Below are positions 49,485-63,885 of a stretch of 64,000 nucleotides of DNA, in pieces; position 1 is the first letter of the stretch; the number at the start of each line of letters is the position of its first letter. The notes under the pieces were generated by a model that had not been told where the DNA came from, ran no database searches, and saw only the letters and a program-made list of their open reading frames with translations. The stretch is from NCBI GenBank assembly GCA_008632985.1, contig QPGO01000004.1:558001-622000 (forward strand). Direction: 5' to 3'. The stretch is from Psammoneis japonica (lineage: Eukaryota). Position numbers and translations under genes: made by a program.

Positions 49485-49747
49485 GGTGTTTTTGTGCGCT
49501 TGGATGGAGGTGATGCGAGATTTCAGACGTTTCGTAGAATTCTACGTGATCTGTGGTACGTTTGGACGCGCATGACCGCGTGACTGGCATTTGAGATCTT
49601 TGCGCGCTCCAATTTAGCACCTCTTTCGAGAGATCATCGGAATCGAAGCGAAGGACGTCGAAAACGAAAAATCCTGCCGCAAGAGGGCGTCGCACAACAT
49701 GATGCATTGGTGCCGTCGTACTGTTGCTTCATTAGATTCAATTCACC

Positions 49748-50589
49748 ATGTCGTATGATCGTGCCATTACCGTGTTTAGTCCTGATGGACACTTATTTCA
49801 AGTAGAATATGCCATGGAGGCTGTTCGTAGAGGAAGCACAGCCGTTGGTATCAAGGGAAAAGATTGCGTCGTGTTGGCTGTGGAGCGACGTGCTCTTGCA
49901 AAGTGAGTGTTTTTGTAGTTTCGTGACTGTTGTGTTTGGATTATGATTGTATTAATGACTTATCTCACCATAAATCATCCATATCACTCGCTCGTTGCAG
50001 ACTCCAAGATGCCCGCACGATTCGCAAAATTGTCTCGGTTGACGATCGCTGCGTCTTGGCCTTTGCCGGACTCAACGCAGACGCTCGTGTCTTGGTCAAC
50101 AAGGTCCGCGTCGAAGCACAGTCGTACCGATTGACGTGTGAGGATGATCCCAGTGTCGAGTATTTGGCCCGTTATCTCGCTCGGACGCAACAAAAGTACA
50201 CGCAGCGAGGTGGTGTGCGGCCCTTTGGAATTGCCACCTTGATTACAGGTGTGGAGAGTGAGGACGGAGCGCCTGTGCTGTACCAGACGGATCCGGCCGG
50301 GACGCACTCGAGATGGAAGGCACAAGTCATTGGAGGGCGTAACGCCAAGTCGCTGCGGGAGTTTCTTGAAAAGCAGTACGAGGAAGACATGACGGAAGAA
50401 GCTTGTGTTCGTCTTGCGATTCAGGCGCTTTTAGAAGTTGTGGATTCGGGTGCAAAAACCATGGAGATTTGCGTCGTCAGAAAAGGGGGCAAGAAGGAAC
50501 TGATGCAAGAGGATGCTATTGACGCCATTGTCAAGGAAATTGAAGCGGAAGCAGAAGAAAAGAGGGCACCCGCCGGAGGAGATGAGTAG
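49748..50589 (+). CDS. PSMA7: 20S proteasome subunit alpha 4; intron ~49903-50000
   Basis: [62 protein letters not shown]. Confidence 0.95.
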
Positions 50590-50677
50590 ATTGAAGAGGT
50601 GATACGCATGAGTTGATATGTGATGAAATCTACCCGTTTTTACTATATTCTCAGAACAAACATAATTTCCGCAAAAC

Positions 50678-51824
<1,147 letters not shown>

Positions 51825-52236
51825 TTAAGTGCTATGCTACTGTCCACCTCGTCTGATGTGTGTGATGTTCGTTGGCAGAGCGATCCGAAGTTGAAGTTCT
51901 CTGTGGCGGCTCGGACTGCCTCCACGTGCGTGTCGTGACGCTGATTTTGACATGACTGACAATGTATGAAGTAATTGAGTCAAGAATTCCACAAAACAAT
52001 GTATGCATTATTGAACAACTAGGGTAAGAAAAGGAATCCGTGATTAACACAGTCTTCTAAGAGCTCCATTGGAAATTAATATCATTTCCAACACGACAAA
52101 GCATGCGAACGACGGAGCTCGTGAGGCGTCGGAGGGAGCTTTTTCGTTTCAAAATTTTCGACGTGCGACGACCATGGACAGCAAGTTGCAGCACATATGT
52201 GCTGAAGATGTATCAAAGGCGCAACAAAGATACGTT

Positions 52237-54009
52237 ATGTTCAAGATAGGAACGATTCCTAGTATCAGGCTGGCAGCGACAAGAACGCGGTCTTCCTTTT
52301 GCGTCGGCTGCGTCCATTCACCGCGGCATGGCTCGCAATGCGACCTTGTGCTGCATCATGCCAGAAGTTTTAGCAGTACGGGAGACCCAAAATCATCTGA
52401 AACGATCCGAACCATTTCGCTTCCTCCTTACATGAGATTGAGAGACTTTTCCAAGCGTCTTGGGGGTAAAATCAATGTCAAAAAGCTACTATCTGCCATT
52501 GGAGGGAAACGGTCACAGCGAAAAATATTCTGGGACGATTTGCAGACAAACCGATCCTTTGTATTTAAGGATATCAAGCAGGTTGTGATTCCTTTTCACA
52601 CAATGGAAAGTATCATTACTCAGGGTTGGAACGATACTGTCAGGGTGGAAATGGAAGAGGTCGAGCCAAAGCTGAGGCCGCTACCTCAAATCGCGAATGA
52701 CGACGACATATCAAAGCTGGGCTTGGTAGAACGTCGAGCTGTTGTTGCTGTTTTGGGACATATCGATCATGGAAAAACAACCCTGGTAGATGCTTTGAGA
52801 GATTCTAATACAGTTGACAGGGAAGAGGGCGGTATCACCCAAGCAATCGGTGCTTGGCCAGTAGAGCTTCATCTACCTACCAAAGACAACACTACCGAAG
52901 CAATTCAAACAACTTTTCTCGACACTCCTGGGCATGTCCATTTCTACCAGATGCGAGAGGATAGTGCCCGTGTAGCTACTGCTGCGTTACTGGTGGTAGC
53001 ATGCGACGAAGATGTGTTGGAAGAACAAACATTGGAATCTATCAATTGCCTTTTGGACATGGATGTTCCTGTGGTTATCGCCGTCAACAAGATTGATCTC
53101 GATACGGCGGATCCCGAAAGAACGAGAATGTTGCTGGATGAAAATGGTGTATTGAGCAAAACAATTGGAGGAACAAAACCAAGTATAGTAGAGGTGTCTG
53201 CCAAGGAAAAACGAAACCTTGAGGCGTTGGAGGAAGCTGTTGCTGCAGTCCTCACGAGACAGAAGCTGCTGGCATACGGGGAAACGGTGCCTGCAGAGGG
53301 TATTGTCATTGAAGCAATTAATAATCGGCATCGCGGCGCGCTTCTTCGAGTGGTAGTTTCTGCAGGCGTTCTTCGACTTGGTCAGTCATATGTTAGTGGA
53401 GGTGTAGTAGGAGTGGTCAGAACTCTCTATGATGAATTTGGGAAGGACAAGATAAAGGAGGCTCGACCTGGCCAGGTTGTTTATGTTTCGGGCTCTCGTG
53501 TTGGTTTAACAGAAGCTCCCCCTTTGGGTGAACCGTTCTTTGTCTTGAAAGATGGAAAGCAGGCAGCAAAGCTTGTAGATTACAGGGAAATGATTGAGGA
53601 GCTCACGCACTGTCAAGTTTCAGGACCGCCTCTTGTTGCAGATTCATCCAGTTTGGACGAGGAACAGGAAGACAACAAGAAGATGAAGTTATTGTAAACC
53701 AGGATCGGGAAGATGACCAGAAGCTGCCGCTCATTCTGAAAGCCGAAAGTGCTGGCAAACTCGACGCACTATTGGCCGCCCTAGCGGAGATGGATGCGGT
53801 TGGTCCCCGATTCGGGCTTCTGTCGGTCCGCCTCGAAAGAGCGACATCGAGGTTGCGAGTGGCATGAAAACTCCCCTAGTTGTTTTGGCATCAAAGTGCA
53901 TTCACAGATTGAAAAGGCTGCAAGAGCACACGGGGTGCCTTTGATGAAATCGATGATCCTACACGAACTCATCGAATCGATTGAGGCCAATGCGTCAAGC
54001 TCAAAATGA
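52237..54009 (+). CDS. Translation initiation factor IF2-like GTPase (organellar), C-terminally short, apparent frameshifts after ~53690
   Basis: VLGHIDHGKTTL, EEGGITQAIGA, FLDTPGH, VNKID, VSAK, G.VIEA..RG; downstream LPLILKA..G.L. Confidence 0.75.
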
Positions 54010-54267
54010 ATAAGTTTTTTAAGCCTAATGAAACAAATACGAAATTTAATTTTTGAATAGTATTTTGAACGATAGGCGTAATAACGGAAAACACGACCAA
54101 CGACCACCACGCACACGCAACACGCAACGCAGCGAAGGCAACTCCAGCAGTCCAGCAGCGGCATACTGGAAGGGAGGGAGACGACTTTCTTTCCTCAACA
54201 TCATTCTACACAATAAAAAATAAGCAACGGAGTCAGTAGGAAGGTGTCTGTCGGCCCAACTGACACC

Positions 54268-54708
54268 ATGGCGAGCATGAGCTTTAGCGGCGGGAAGCAA
54301 CATATCCGACCGCCACAACGAGGTGTGTTCCCTCTAGATCACGATGCAGAATGCAAGGCGGCAATGGAGAAATATCTATCGTGTTTAAAGGAATCAAAGG
54401 ATATGCATCATAAATGTCGAGAACTGTCAAAGGACTATTTGCAATGTCGCATGGATCGGGAACTAATGGCCAAAGAAGATTTAGATAAGATTGGCTTCTC
54501 CAAAGACGCGGAAGTGAAGGGAGCGGAAGAATACGACAAATCGAAAGAGAAGGCCGGATACGTGGCCGGGAAACACATGGCTAAACCAAATAAATGGTGG
54601 TTTCAAAAAAGCGGAAAAAAGACTGGGAACAGTGACGGCTCGCGGGCCAGAGCTATATACGCTTTAAAAGTTAACAAGGCATCTTTCTCCACGCGGTTGC
54701 CTCGCTGA
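54268..54708 (+). CDS. COX19: Cytochrome c oxidase assembly factor COX19 (twin CX9C); 3' end uncertain
   Basis: PPQRGVFPLDHDAEC-x9-C..C-x9-CRMDRELM. Confidence 0.9.
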   Translation: MASMSFSGGKQHIRPPQRGVFPLDHDAECKAAMEKYLSCLKESKDMHHKCRELSKDYLQCRMDRELMAKEDLDKIGFSKDAEVKGAEEYDKSKEKAGYVAGKHMAKPNKWWFQKSGKKTGNSDGSRARAIYALKVNKASFSTRLPR

Positions 54709-55504
54709 CAATATACTGGTATTTTCTCTGGTGCTCTCGAATTAACAGTGGCATTTCTTCTTCGTGGATCTTTTGAAAGCCACATTCATGCATTGTCTTC
54801 TCAAGCTGGTCTTTTGATCGCACTGCTTTCGAATCTTCATTGTAGTAGCCTCCCAACCATTTGCCTCGCGGTGTGTATTCTTCAAGCCAACTGAATGGAG
54901 TAACCATAACTACAACGCCTCCCTCATTTACTATCAAAGACAATCCATTCAAGCATGCTAAGGGGTCTGGCAATCGGCAAAGGAGGTTCGACATAATCAC
55001 ACCATCATACGTGGATAGCTCTCCTCTTTTGACCATGTCCTCGAGCTGACATGCGTCCCCTGCAAAGAAATTGACCTTCTGTAAAATATCTGCGGATACA
55101 CCACCTTCATGCACAGCCATCACCTCCTCGTTTATGTCCGCTTCCACAGGGATGCGGAATTGAACAGGATCTAGCTGCGACTGCATCGCCTTGGCAGCCG
55201 AAACAAAAGATTTGCTAAAGTCAAATGCATCGACAGCGACAAAGGTTTTTGCAAGCTCAAAAGAAGCTCCTCTCACCGCACAACCAATGTCTAGAGCACG
55301 CCCGGTGGTTTTCTTTGGCTTGAGACTGACCAGGAGCTGCGCAACTCGTTGTGGGAAACGAAGTGCATGTGTCGGAGCGTTGGCGTGGGAAATAATTGCA
55401 GAAACTCCTTCTTTGGTTCCTGAGGATGGAAAATGAAGCCCCAAATACATTTGAAGAGATTCTTCTGTCTCATAAACATTGTCATCGTTGGCTTGCTCTG
55501 ACAT
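54671..55504 (-). CDS. Stand-alone SAM methyltransferase resembling the OvoA C-terminal (mercaptohistidine N-methyltransferase) domain
   Basis: NVYET..L..YL..HF, RALDIGCAV..SFELA, GDAC.L, NLLCRLPDP, PFSWLEEYTP..KWLGG, IREHQRKYQY.VSEAT.W. Confidence 0.72.
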   Translation of the reverse strand: MSEQANDDNVYETEESLQMYLGLHFPSSGTKEGVSAIISHANAPTHALRFPQRVAQLLVSLKPKKTTGRALDIGCAVRGASFELAKTFVAVDAFDFSKSFVSAAKAMQSQLDPVQFRIPVEADINEEVMAVHEGGVSADILQKVNFFAGDACQLEDMVKRGELSTYDGVIMSNLLCRLPDPLACLNGLSLIVNEGGVVVMVTPFSWLEEYTPRGKWLGGYYNEDSKAVRSKDQLEKTMHECGFQKIHEEEMPLLIREHQRKYQYIVSEATAWRKMPC

Positions 55505-55864
55505 GTTGTTGATGCTCAATGCAGGGCGTCGAGCAAAAAAGCAAGAAAATGAGGAAAGTGAATCAAAAAATGGAAGATCGCAAAAAAGGAAAAAAAGGAA
55601 AGATTCCGTCTGGCCTTCCTCCCAATCCACGAGGGCGTCCAAGCCGTCGCTCCGGCGTCCGTGTTCCTCAACTCCAACTCAGAAAAAGTAACCCGGAACT
55701 TGATGTTGCGATCTGACGTTGTTTTCTCCCGCCAAAACGCAACACTCACGATCACTCATTGCCTCTCCACTCTCGCTTGAAACTTCAACTTGGCTGAAGC
55801 GATCGGCATCCCTGTCTTCACTTTTGTGCATTCCGTCGCAGCAACAAGTCCCTAATTCTTCATC

Positions 55865-58137
55865 ATGTTTGGATCGAAGTATGGTATCGCCACTGCGGCG
55901 TTGACTCTGTTGGCTGCGGCCAACACTTCGGCGTTTGCTCCTCCGCGCCATTTTTCCGCCAATACTCGTGATGTTAGCCAAACACAAATGGCATCCACTA
56001 CCGAGAAAAATAAGAATGTAGCTCAAACGGAAAATACATCGCGTGACAAGGTTATGACCTTCTCGTACGACATGTCCCTTGAACCAAAATATGAAAAGCC
56101 TACCTATCCCGGAACTGGAAACGGCCTCTCGGGTGACGCAGGCGAATATGATGTTATTGTCATCGGGTCGGGTATGGGCGGATTGGCGTGCGGTGCACTA
56201 AATGCCAAGTACGGCGACAAAGTTCTCGTGCTCGAATCCCATATCAAATGCGGAGGTAGTGCGCACACGTTCTCTCGCATACACAAAGGGGAGAAGTACA
56301 GCTTTGAAGTTGGACCAAGTATTTTCGAAGGATTAGATCGACCCAGTCTCAACCCTCTGAGAATGATCTTTGATATTCTTGAGGAAGAAATGCCTGTCAA
56401 GACCTACACTGGGTTGGGATACTGGACTCCTACTGGATACTGGAGATTTCCCATTGGAAGTAAACAGAAATTTGAAGACTTGCTCATGGAGCAAGCTGAG
56501 GACGGTCCAAAGGCTGTCGAGGTAGGCCTCCCACGTTGCTACGACGACACGCTGTACATCATCTCTTCCCTTCTTAATTTTCTGACACGTTTCTCTTTGT
56601 CTCAGGAATGGAATGCTCTTCGTAAGCGCCTCAAGACACTGGGTGGCTCCACGACTGCGGTTTCTCTTTTGAATCTACGCCAGGATGCCGGCTTCCTCGC
56701 AACGACGGCCGGAAGTTTGCCATTTGTTGCGACTCATCCTGACGTTTTCGCGGATCTGTCTCTGACCTTTGATTCGCTGCACAAGACAGGTTGACCAGAT
56801 TGTAACTGTTCCTTTCTTGAGAAACTTTATTGATACCATGTGCATCTTCTGCGGTTTCCCTGCCAAGGGAGCCATGACTGCGCATATGCTTTACATTCTC
56901 GAGCGATTTTTCGAAGAGAGCGCCTGCTACTCTGTTCCAATTGGAGGCACCTGCGAAATGGGAAACACTTTGGTTAGAGGCCTGAGAAATTTGGTGGAAA
57001 AATTCAATTGAATGCTCACGTTGATGAAATCCTTGTCGAAGACGGCCGTGCTGTTGGAGTCCGACTCAAGAACGGAAATGTGTAAAGCCAAGAAGCTGTT
57101 GTAAGCAATGCAACTCCGTTCGATACTGTGAAAATGCTTGGTAAGTGTGATGGGTTGGCCTGTTGCTACTGGCAGTGTAAATGAAGTGTGAAAATATCCT
57201 AAACCCCCCTCTCTCTTCTTGTTTGAAGGAACGGAGCAAGAACTTCCCGAAGGAGTTACGAAATGGAGAGAGGAACTCGGAAAGCTTCCACGTCATGGCG
57301 CGATTATGCATCTTTTCCTTGCTATCGACGCCAAAGACCTCGATCTTTCCCACATTGAAGACCCTGCACACCTTGTTGTTCAGGTAAGAACCACCGTCTT
57401 CCGAATTAGTGGGTAGTACTGCTCAATCGTCGGTATGTAGTTCCTGACTGTGCTTTCTCTTCGCTTTGTTTGTTATAGGATTGGGGTCGTTCGCTCCAGG
57501 ACTCGCAGAATTTGTGCAGTTTCTTTATTCCCAGTCTTCTCGACAAAACCTTGTGTCCGGAAGGCAAGCACGTAATCCACGTCTACTCGTCAGGTGGAGA
57601 GCCTTATGAGCCGTGGGAGAAGCTTGAACCAGGATCGAAAGAATACGAGGCTTACAAGGAAGAACGCGCCGAAGTTTTATGGCAGGCTGTTGAAAAATGC
57701 ATCCCTGATGTTCGGGATCGTTTGGAATTCTCCATTATTGGATCTCCGCTTGCTCATGAGGCATTCCTTCGTCGTGATCGTGGAACCTACGGTATGGCCT
57801 GGGCTGCGGGAACTCGGCACCCCACGCTGGTCTCCTAAAGAACATTCTTCCATTCCCCTTCCCCAACCTAAAGACACCCGTCGATGGACTGCTTCGTTGC
57901 GGTGATTCTTGCTTCCCGGGTATTGGAACTCCCAGTGCAGCTGCGTCAGGAGCCATCTGTGCCAACACTATGCACCCCGTTGGAAAGCACCTTGATTTGC
58001 TCGAGGAAGCCAGCAAGCGCGATCCCATGTACAAGTTCCTCGACCCTGGCCTATTCGGAAAAGTTTACCAGCCGTTTGTTCAGGGATTGACTCCTAGCCC
58101 AGAACTCAAGGTGGAGTCTATGCAAGAGGCCAGCTAG
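55865..58137 (+). CDS. Plastid CRTISO-like carotenoid isomerase/amine-oxidase family protein; three introns, several apparent frameshifts
   Basis: SAFAP presequence, YDVIVIGSGMGGL (FAD), GGSAHTF, FEVGPS, IPSLLD..LCPEGKH, GSPLAHEAFLRRDRGTYG, CGDSCFPGIG. Confidence 0.85.
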
Positions 58138-58312
58138 ACTACATTATTTGATGCTCATAGAAGAGCGAGGGGCGACGACATTGTGATACTACATGATAAA
58201 ATAAACCGGTAAATCGAAACACCATTCTAGTACCGTGCGGTAGTTATGGCAGCGACGGAAGCTCTGTTTCCTTCAGCGGGAGGATTCTGAAGTCTTTTGA
58301 TAGTCCACAGCT

Positions 58313-59536
58313 TCATGCTTCTACCAGACAGGCTGCGTGTTCATAACCGGCGCTCATTGAGATAACGTTCTTGCCTGCCAATGCCTCTACATGTTGTGGA
58401 TGACTGAGATTCTTGGTGTTTGGTATTCCCAGCACTCCTGTCTTGCCCTTTCCAAAGCTGTAAACGTTGCCATCTTTGCCGCGTGCAATTGTATAATTCT
58501 TTCCACAGACCACATCGACCACTTCTGTGTGCAGCAAGGAAGAAACACGCTGCGGCTCCATGTATTCAGTCATTCCCCAGTAAAACAATTCTCCTCCTTC
58601 AGTAATACAGGCAGCGTGCGATCTTCCGGCTTCCAGTTGAATAACGTTACGGCCCAACAGTTCATCGGATTCAATCATTGTGGGCAGTGCGGCCATGGCA
58701 TACATATCCACAGCAAGGCCGAGTCCGGTACCGAGTTGCCCCTTGTCGTTTCGTCCAAAACCATGGATAGCACCATCGTCGCTAAGAGCCAAAGTGAAGG
58801 AGTTTCCACCAGTAATGTGTATCACGCCTTTTGACAAGAGCTCCACAGGCTCCAAATAAAGCTGATCAACGGTATCCAGATTACCGAGTCGTCCATAGGA
58901 TCCAGCTCCAGTTGTGAGGACTTCTCCTTCTGTTGTGAGGACAGTCATGTGCATTTCTCCTACTTGAACTTGTTTGGTAAAGCACCCATCTTCCACCATG
59001 CTTTCAACGAGTTTGGGCGTCAGGTACGCTTCTCCGTTGCCATGTCCCAAGCACCCCAAACCAGAAAAAGTGGACCCACCGAACCCAAAGGAGTACAGCT
59101 CATCATTGACATCTATAATTGCAGAAGCATTCTTTCCGATCACAATATCCTTTACTTCAATATCCGAAATCAACTGGGGCTTCTCAATAGGATTCTTGTG
59201 GCCGTGTCCAAGTTGTCCTTGATCGTTGGCACCGCAGGTATAACATTTACCATCATTTAATAAAAACGCTGTTCCTGACACTCCACAAACTACCTTTTCT
59301 AGAGAAGCATTGTCGTTCTCAGGCAATCCCAGGGCACTTTTCCAATCGACCAACGTTGGCACATCCACTACGCTGCCTGATGGAGCGGTGGGAATCACGC
59401 CTTTTTTGTTGGTGCCCCACATGTACAGTTCTTTCTTCGATTCTTGTGCTGTCGACGATTTCCATCTCCTCACAAGGCATACAGAGGCTCGTTTCGGGAT
59501 ATTTTGAGACTTGAGTACACGAATTACAGACAACAT
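58313..59536 (-). CDS. RCC1-repeat protein with mitochondrial-type presequence
   Basis: Repeats of G....G.N..GQLG.G / G..H; basic N-terminus. Confidence 0.85.
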   Translation of the reverse strand: MLSVIRVLKSQNIPKRASVCLVRRWKSSTAQESKKELYMWGTNKKGVIPTAPSGSVVDVPTLVDWKSALGLPENDNASLEKVVCGVSGTAFLLNDGKCYTCGANDQGQLGHGHKNPIEKPQLISDIEVKDIVIGKNASAIIDVNDELYSFGFGGSTFSGLGCLGHGNGEAYLTPKLVESMVEDGCFTKQVQVGEMHMTVLTTEGEVLTTGAGSYGRLGNLDTVDQLYLEPVELLSKGVIHITGGNSFTLALSDDGAIHGFGRNDKGQLGTGLGLAVDMYAMAALPTMIESDELLGRNVIQLEAGRSHAACITEGGELFYWGMTEYMEPQRVSSLLHTEVVDVVCGKNYTIARGKDGNVYSFGKGKTGVLGIPNTKNLSHPQHVEALAGKNVISMSAGYEHAACLVEA

Positions 59537-59810
59537 CTTGCTCTTCTTGTTGCTCTGCTTTTCAAGGCGTTGTGTATGTGTCTCGACTCCTCATCTCGAA
59601 AGTCGTGAGCTGCTATTCCGTATCCACGGACAGACGCAAAAGATAATACGAGGAGACCACGTAGGAGCTACTGCAGTACAAAATCGGAGTACAATTCTAC
59701 GAAATGAAGTCCATAGCTCGAGGTGCCGCGCGGTGGAAGAACTGTCGCCGCAAAAAAATCTCGCCTTGTCGTCGTGATCACAGCGATTGTTGCTTCAAAT
59801 TCTTTTAACC

Positions 59811-60709
<899 letters not shown>

Positions 60710-60846
60710 GTTGATGCCAACTAATGATAGAGACATTGGGATCTATTCCGATTTTGATTTTCTCGCGCAGCTAGGTCGGCTGTTCGTTTGAAGTTGTTGA
60801 GAGATGACACCGAGAGTTAACTAAATTCACCACTCGTCGACCCACT

Positions 60847-62070
60847 CTATCGATTCGGAAGATATTGAAGCTTGACGAATCGTTCTCTGCCGCACAGGTC
60901 TTGGCAGCTGTCGATGAAGTCAACCCCGCAATTTTTTCTGTCGCCGTCTAGCCACTCTTTTAGCAACGCGGGGTGAGAAGGATCAACTTCCATCCAGCAT
61001 ATGCCTCCATCTGGACACCATTGTTTCAAAGAAGCGACAATAACTCGTATGACATCCATGCCATCGTCACCACCACACAGAGCATCGCTACTTTCGTAGT
61101 TCACCACGTCGGCACTTAAAGTTGGCATGTCCGATTGAGGAATGTAAGGCGGATTGCTCACAACAATATCAAATCCTGTACTGTTGAACTCGCCCGCCGC
61201 CGATAGAATTGCTTGATAGACTTGTTGCTTTTCTGGTGGCAAAATATCCATCGCGTTCCTATTTGATATCTCGACTGCAATGGGCTCAATGTCAATAGCC
61301 ACGATACTCTTTACGATTGACGACCCCAGTGCTTTGGCTAGCGCAATTCCAATGACCCCCGTGCCACATCCAACATCAAGTATTCGAAGTGGTTGTCCGT
61401 TGTTCCGTTTGTATAACAACTTGGCATCCGCAATCACATGGTTTACCAACTCTTCTGTTTCAGGCCGCGGACACAGTAATGGAGCTTGGATCGAAAGAGT
61501 GAAATCCAGAAAATCCCATTTTCCCAGAATGTATTGAATGGGCTCGTGCTTGGAACGACGCTTCAACATGGACCAAAACAAGTCCCATTCAATTTGCGTC
61601 AAGGATCGCTGAGCAAGTATTTCATCATTCCATGATCCATCGTGTATGTTTCGCAGCTGCGCAAAGCCATTTTCCCAAGGCAGCCCAAGTACCTCAGCCA
61701 AGAGCTGCGTAGCTGAAGATGTTGGCTCTGATATATTCCGATCATTTAACCAGCGCACAGAGGTATGCAAAACATCGACAACAGATCTTCCGGTCATGTT
61801 GTCCAGCTTTCCTCCTTCCCCGGCGTCAACGGTGCAATCAGTTGTTGCGAAACACCTCCTAATTTTGCGGCTATTGTATCCTGCTTGATAATGATGATAA
61901 AATCCAGTACTGGGAGCTGCTATTTGAAATTGGCACCTTCCTTTGCCTTTGAGACCCTGACTTTGATGTGACAGAACACAAGGCGCGGCAGCCATGCAGC
62001 GAGCCGTGGTGAAAGCCAACGTGCGCTTCGCCGTGGCAAACAAAGTCATCAATATGCAACGTTTTTTCAT
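60847..62070 (-). CDS. HEMK1: HemK/PrmC release-factor glutamine methyltransferase
   Basis: RR..EPIQYILG..DF, PRPETEELV, ILDVGCGTG, VSNPPY, AL.GG.DG. Confidence 0.9.
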   Translation of the reverse strand: MKKRCILMTLFATAKRTLAFTTARCMAAAPCVLSHQSQGLKGKGRCQFQIAAPSTGFYHHYQAGYNSRKIRRCFATTDCTVDAGEGGKLDNMTGRSVVDVLHTSVRWLNDRNISEPTSSATQLLAEVLGLPWENGFAQLRNIHDGSWNDEILAQRSLTQIEWDLFWSMLKRRSKHEPIQYILGKWDFLDFTLSIQAPLLCPRPETEELVNHVIADAKLLYKRNNGQPLRILDVGCGTGVIGIALAKALGSSIVKSIVAIDIEPIAVEISNRNAMDILPPEKQQVYQAILSAAGEFNSTGFDIVVSNPPYIPQSDMPTLSADVVNYESSDALCGGDDGMDVIRVIVASLKQWCPDGGICWMEVDPSHPALLKEWLDGDRKNCGVDFIDSCQDLCGRERFVKLQYLPNR

Positions 62071-62372
62071 TCCGTCCGTGAGGATGTAGGTATTCAAGCC
62101 AGTAGCATAGGGCTAGACACAACTTTTCGTTGCTACACTTTGAACTTGCTGCACCGTCACAACCATCATCTTCTTTCCCTTCCTACAGTATTTTTTTTTT
62201 CATTATGTCGGCGGTTGCTGGAGGGAGTTCTTGAGTCACGGATGACGTCATGTTTAGTCCCGCATCAACTGTGGTCACGAGTCACGACTCGCACTGCGAG
62301 AACATAGGAGATGAAGACACGATGACACGACAGAAATTCGTTCTGTTCTGACAGCTGTTGCTGTCACAACTC

Positions 62373-63636
62373 ATGACACAACTGAAGAAGCGTTGGAGGC
62401 ACGATCAGTCTCTCCAAACACCTGTTCCTATTCATATTGAAGGCTTTTAGGCTCTGAAGTATGTTGGTAAAGCAAAGCGTTGCGCTTGTCCGGAGAAAAC
62501 CGGTGCTCGGAATTTTCGGGCCATGTCAACAATGACCATGCCTCAGCAACATGAGAGAACACGTCGGAATCGTCGTCCAAGCAGATGAATTTGTTCACCG
62601 CTATCAATGACGCCATGTCCATTGCCCTGCAGACGGACCCCACTGCAATTGTGTTTGGGGAAGACGTTGCTTTCGGCGGTGTCTTTCGTTGCTCCCAGAA
62701 TCTTCGAGAACAATTTGGAGAGAGCCGTGTCTTTAACACGCCCTTATCTGAGAACGGAATTGCCGGATTTGCCATTGGCTATGCTGCCATGGGAGGAACG
62801 TCCATTGGAGAAATCCAATTTGCCGACTATGTGTTTCCTGCGTTTGATCAGATTGTGAATGAGCCGCCAAGTTTCGATACCGATCAGGGAATCAGTGGAA
62901 CTGTGGAGGACTGACATTGAGAGCACCCTGCGGAGCTGTGGGGCATGGTGGACACTACCATAGCCAAAGTCCTGAAGCTTACTTTGGACATACACCAGGG
63001 ATTAGAGTTGTAATGCCAAGAGGACCTAAAAGTGCGAAGGGGCTTCTATTGAGTTCTATTCGTTGCAATGATCCGGTGATTTTCCTAGAGCCAAAGGTAA
63101 GCATGTGAAATCTTCTTAGAAGTCCTAACCATTTGTTAATATGACAAATCCTGACGCTTCTTCTTTCTCTGTAGGCCTTGTATCGTGCCGCAGTAGAAGA
63201 AGTTCCCGAGGGAGACTATGAGCTACCTTTGGGAAAGGGCGAAATTCTAAGAAGCGGAAGCGATGTAACAGTTGTCGGTTGGGGTGGCCAATTGCGAGTT
63301 TTAGAAAAGGCTTGCGACTTGGCATTACAAGAGGATGGAATACAGTGTGAGCTCATCGATTTACAGTCTATACTTCCCTGGGATGTGGACTTGGTGGAAC
63401 AAAGCGTCCGAAAGACTGGAAAGCTCGTTGTTAGCCACGAGGCTCCAATTACGTGCGGATTTGGGGCTGAGGTGGTCGCCTCGATTCAAGAGAGGTGTTT
63501 TCTCTCGTTGGAGGCTCCCATCCAGCGGGTATGTGGATATGATACTCCGTTTCCTTTGGTGTTTGAAAAGCAGTATATTCCGGACGAGCTGAAGAATCTA
63601 GAAGCTATTCGACATGTTGTGGATTTCGCCGAGTAG
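62373..63636 (+). CDS. BCKDHB: Branched-chain 2-oxoacid dehydrogenase E1 beta; intron 63097-63174, frameshift ~62862, 5' end uncertain
   Basis: [78 protein letters not shown]. Confidence 0.93.
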
Positions 63637-63885
63637 AGATTGAATTAGATATCCAGCTAAGATTCGAGAATTTGTTACAGGTATGGTAGGTTTGTTGCAA
63701 AATTTGCTACAGACTAGATTGCTCGCATACGCGTGATAAAACACACGCCCTGCGTCAGTCGCTGCGGACTCTACCCTTCACCATCCAACCTGCATCTGGA
63801 GAAGGAGCGCTCCTAGTTAGCTAGAGTCTCTGCTCTCAGCTTGACGTGGAAACACCGGCACTCATTGTATTGTAGATGCATGTCA

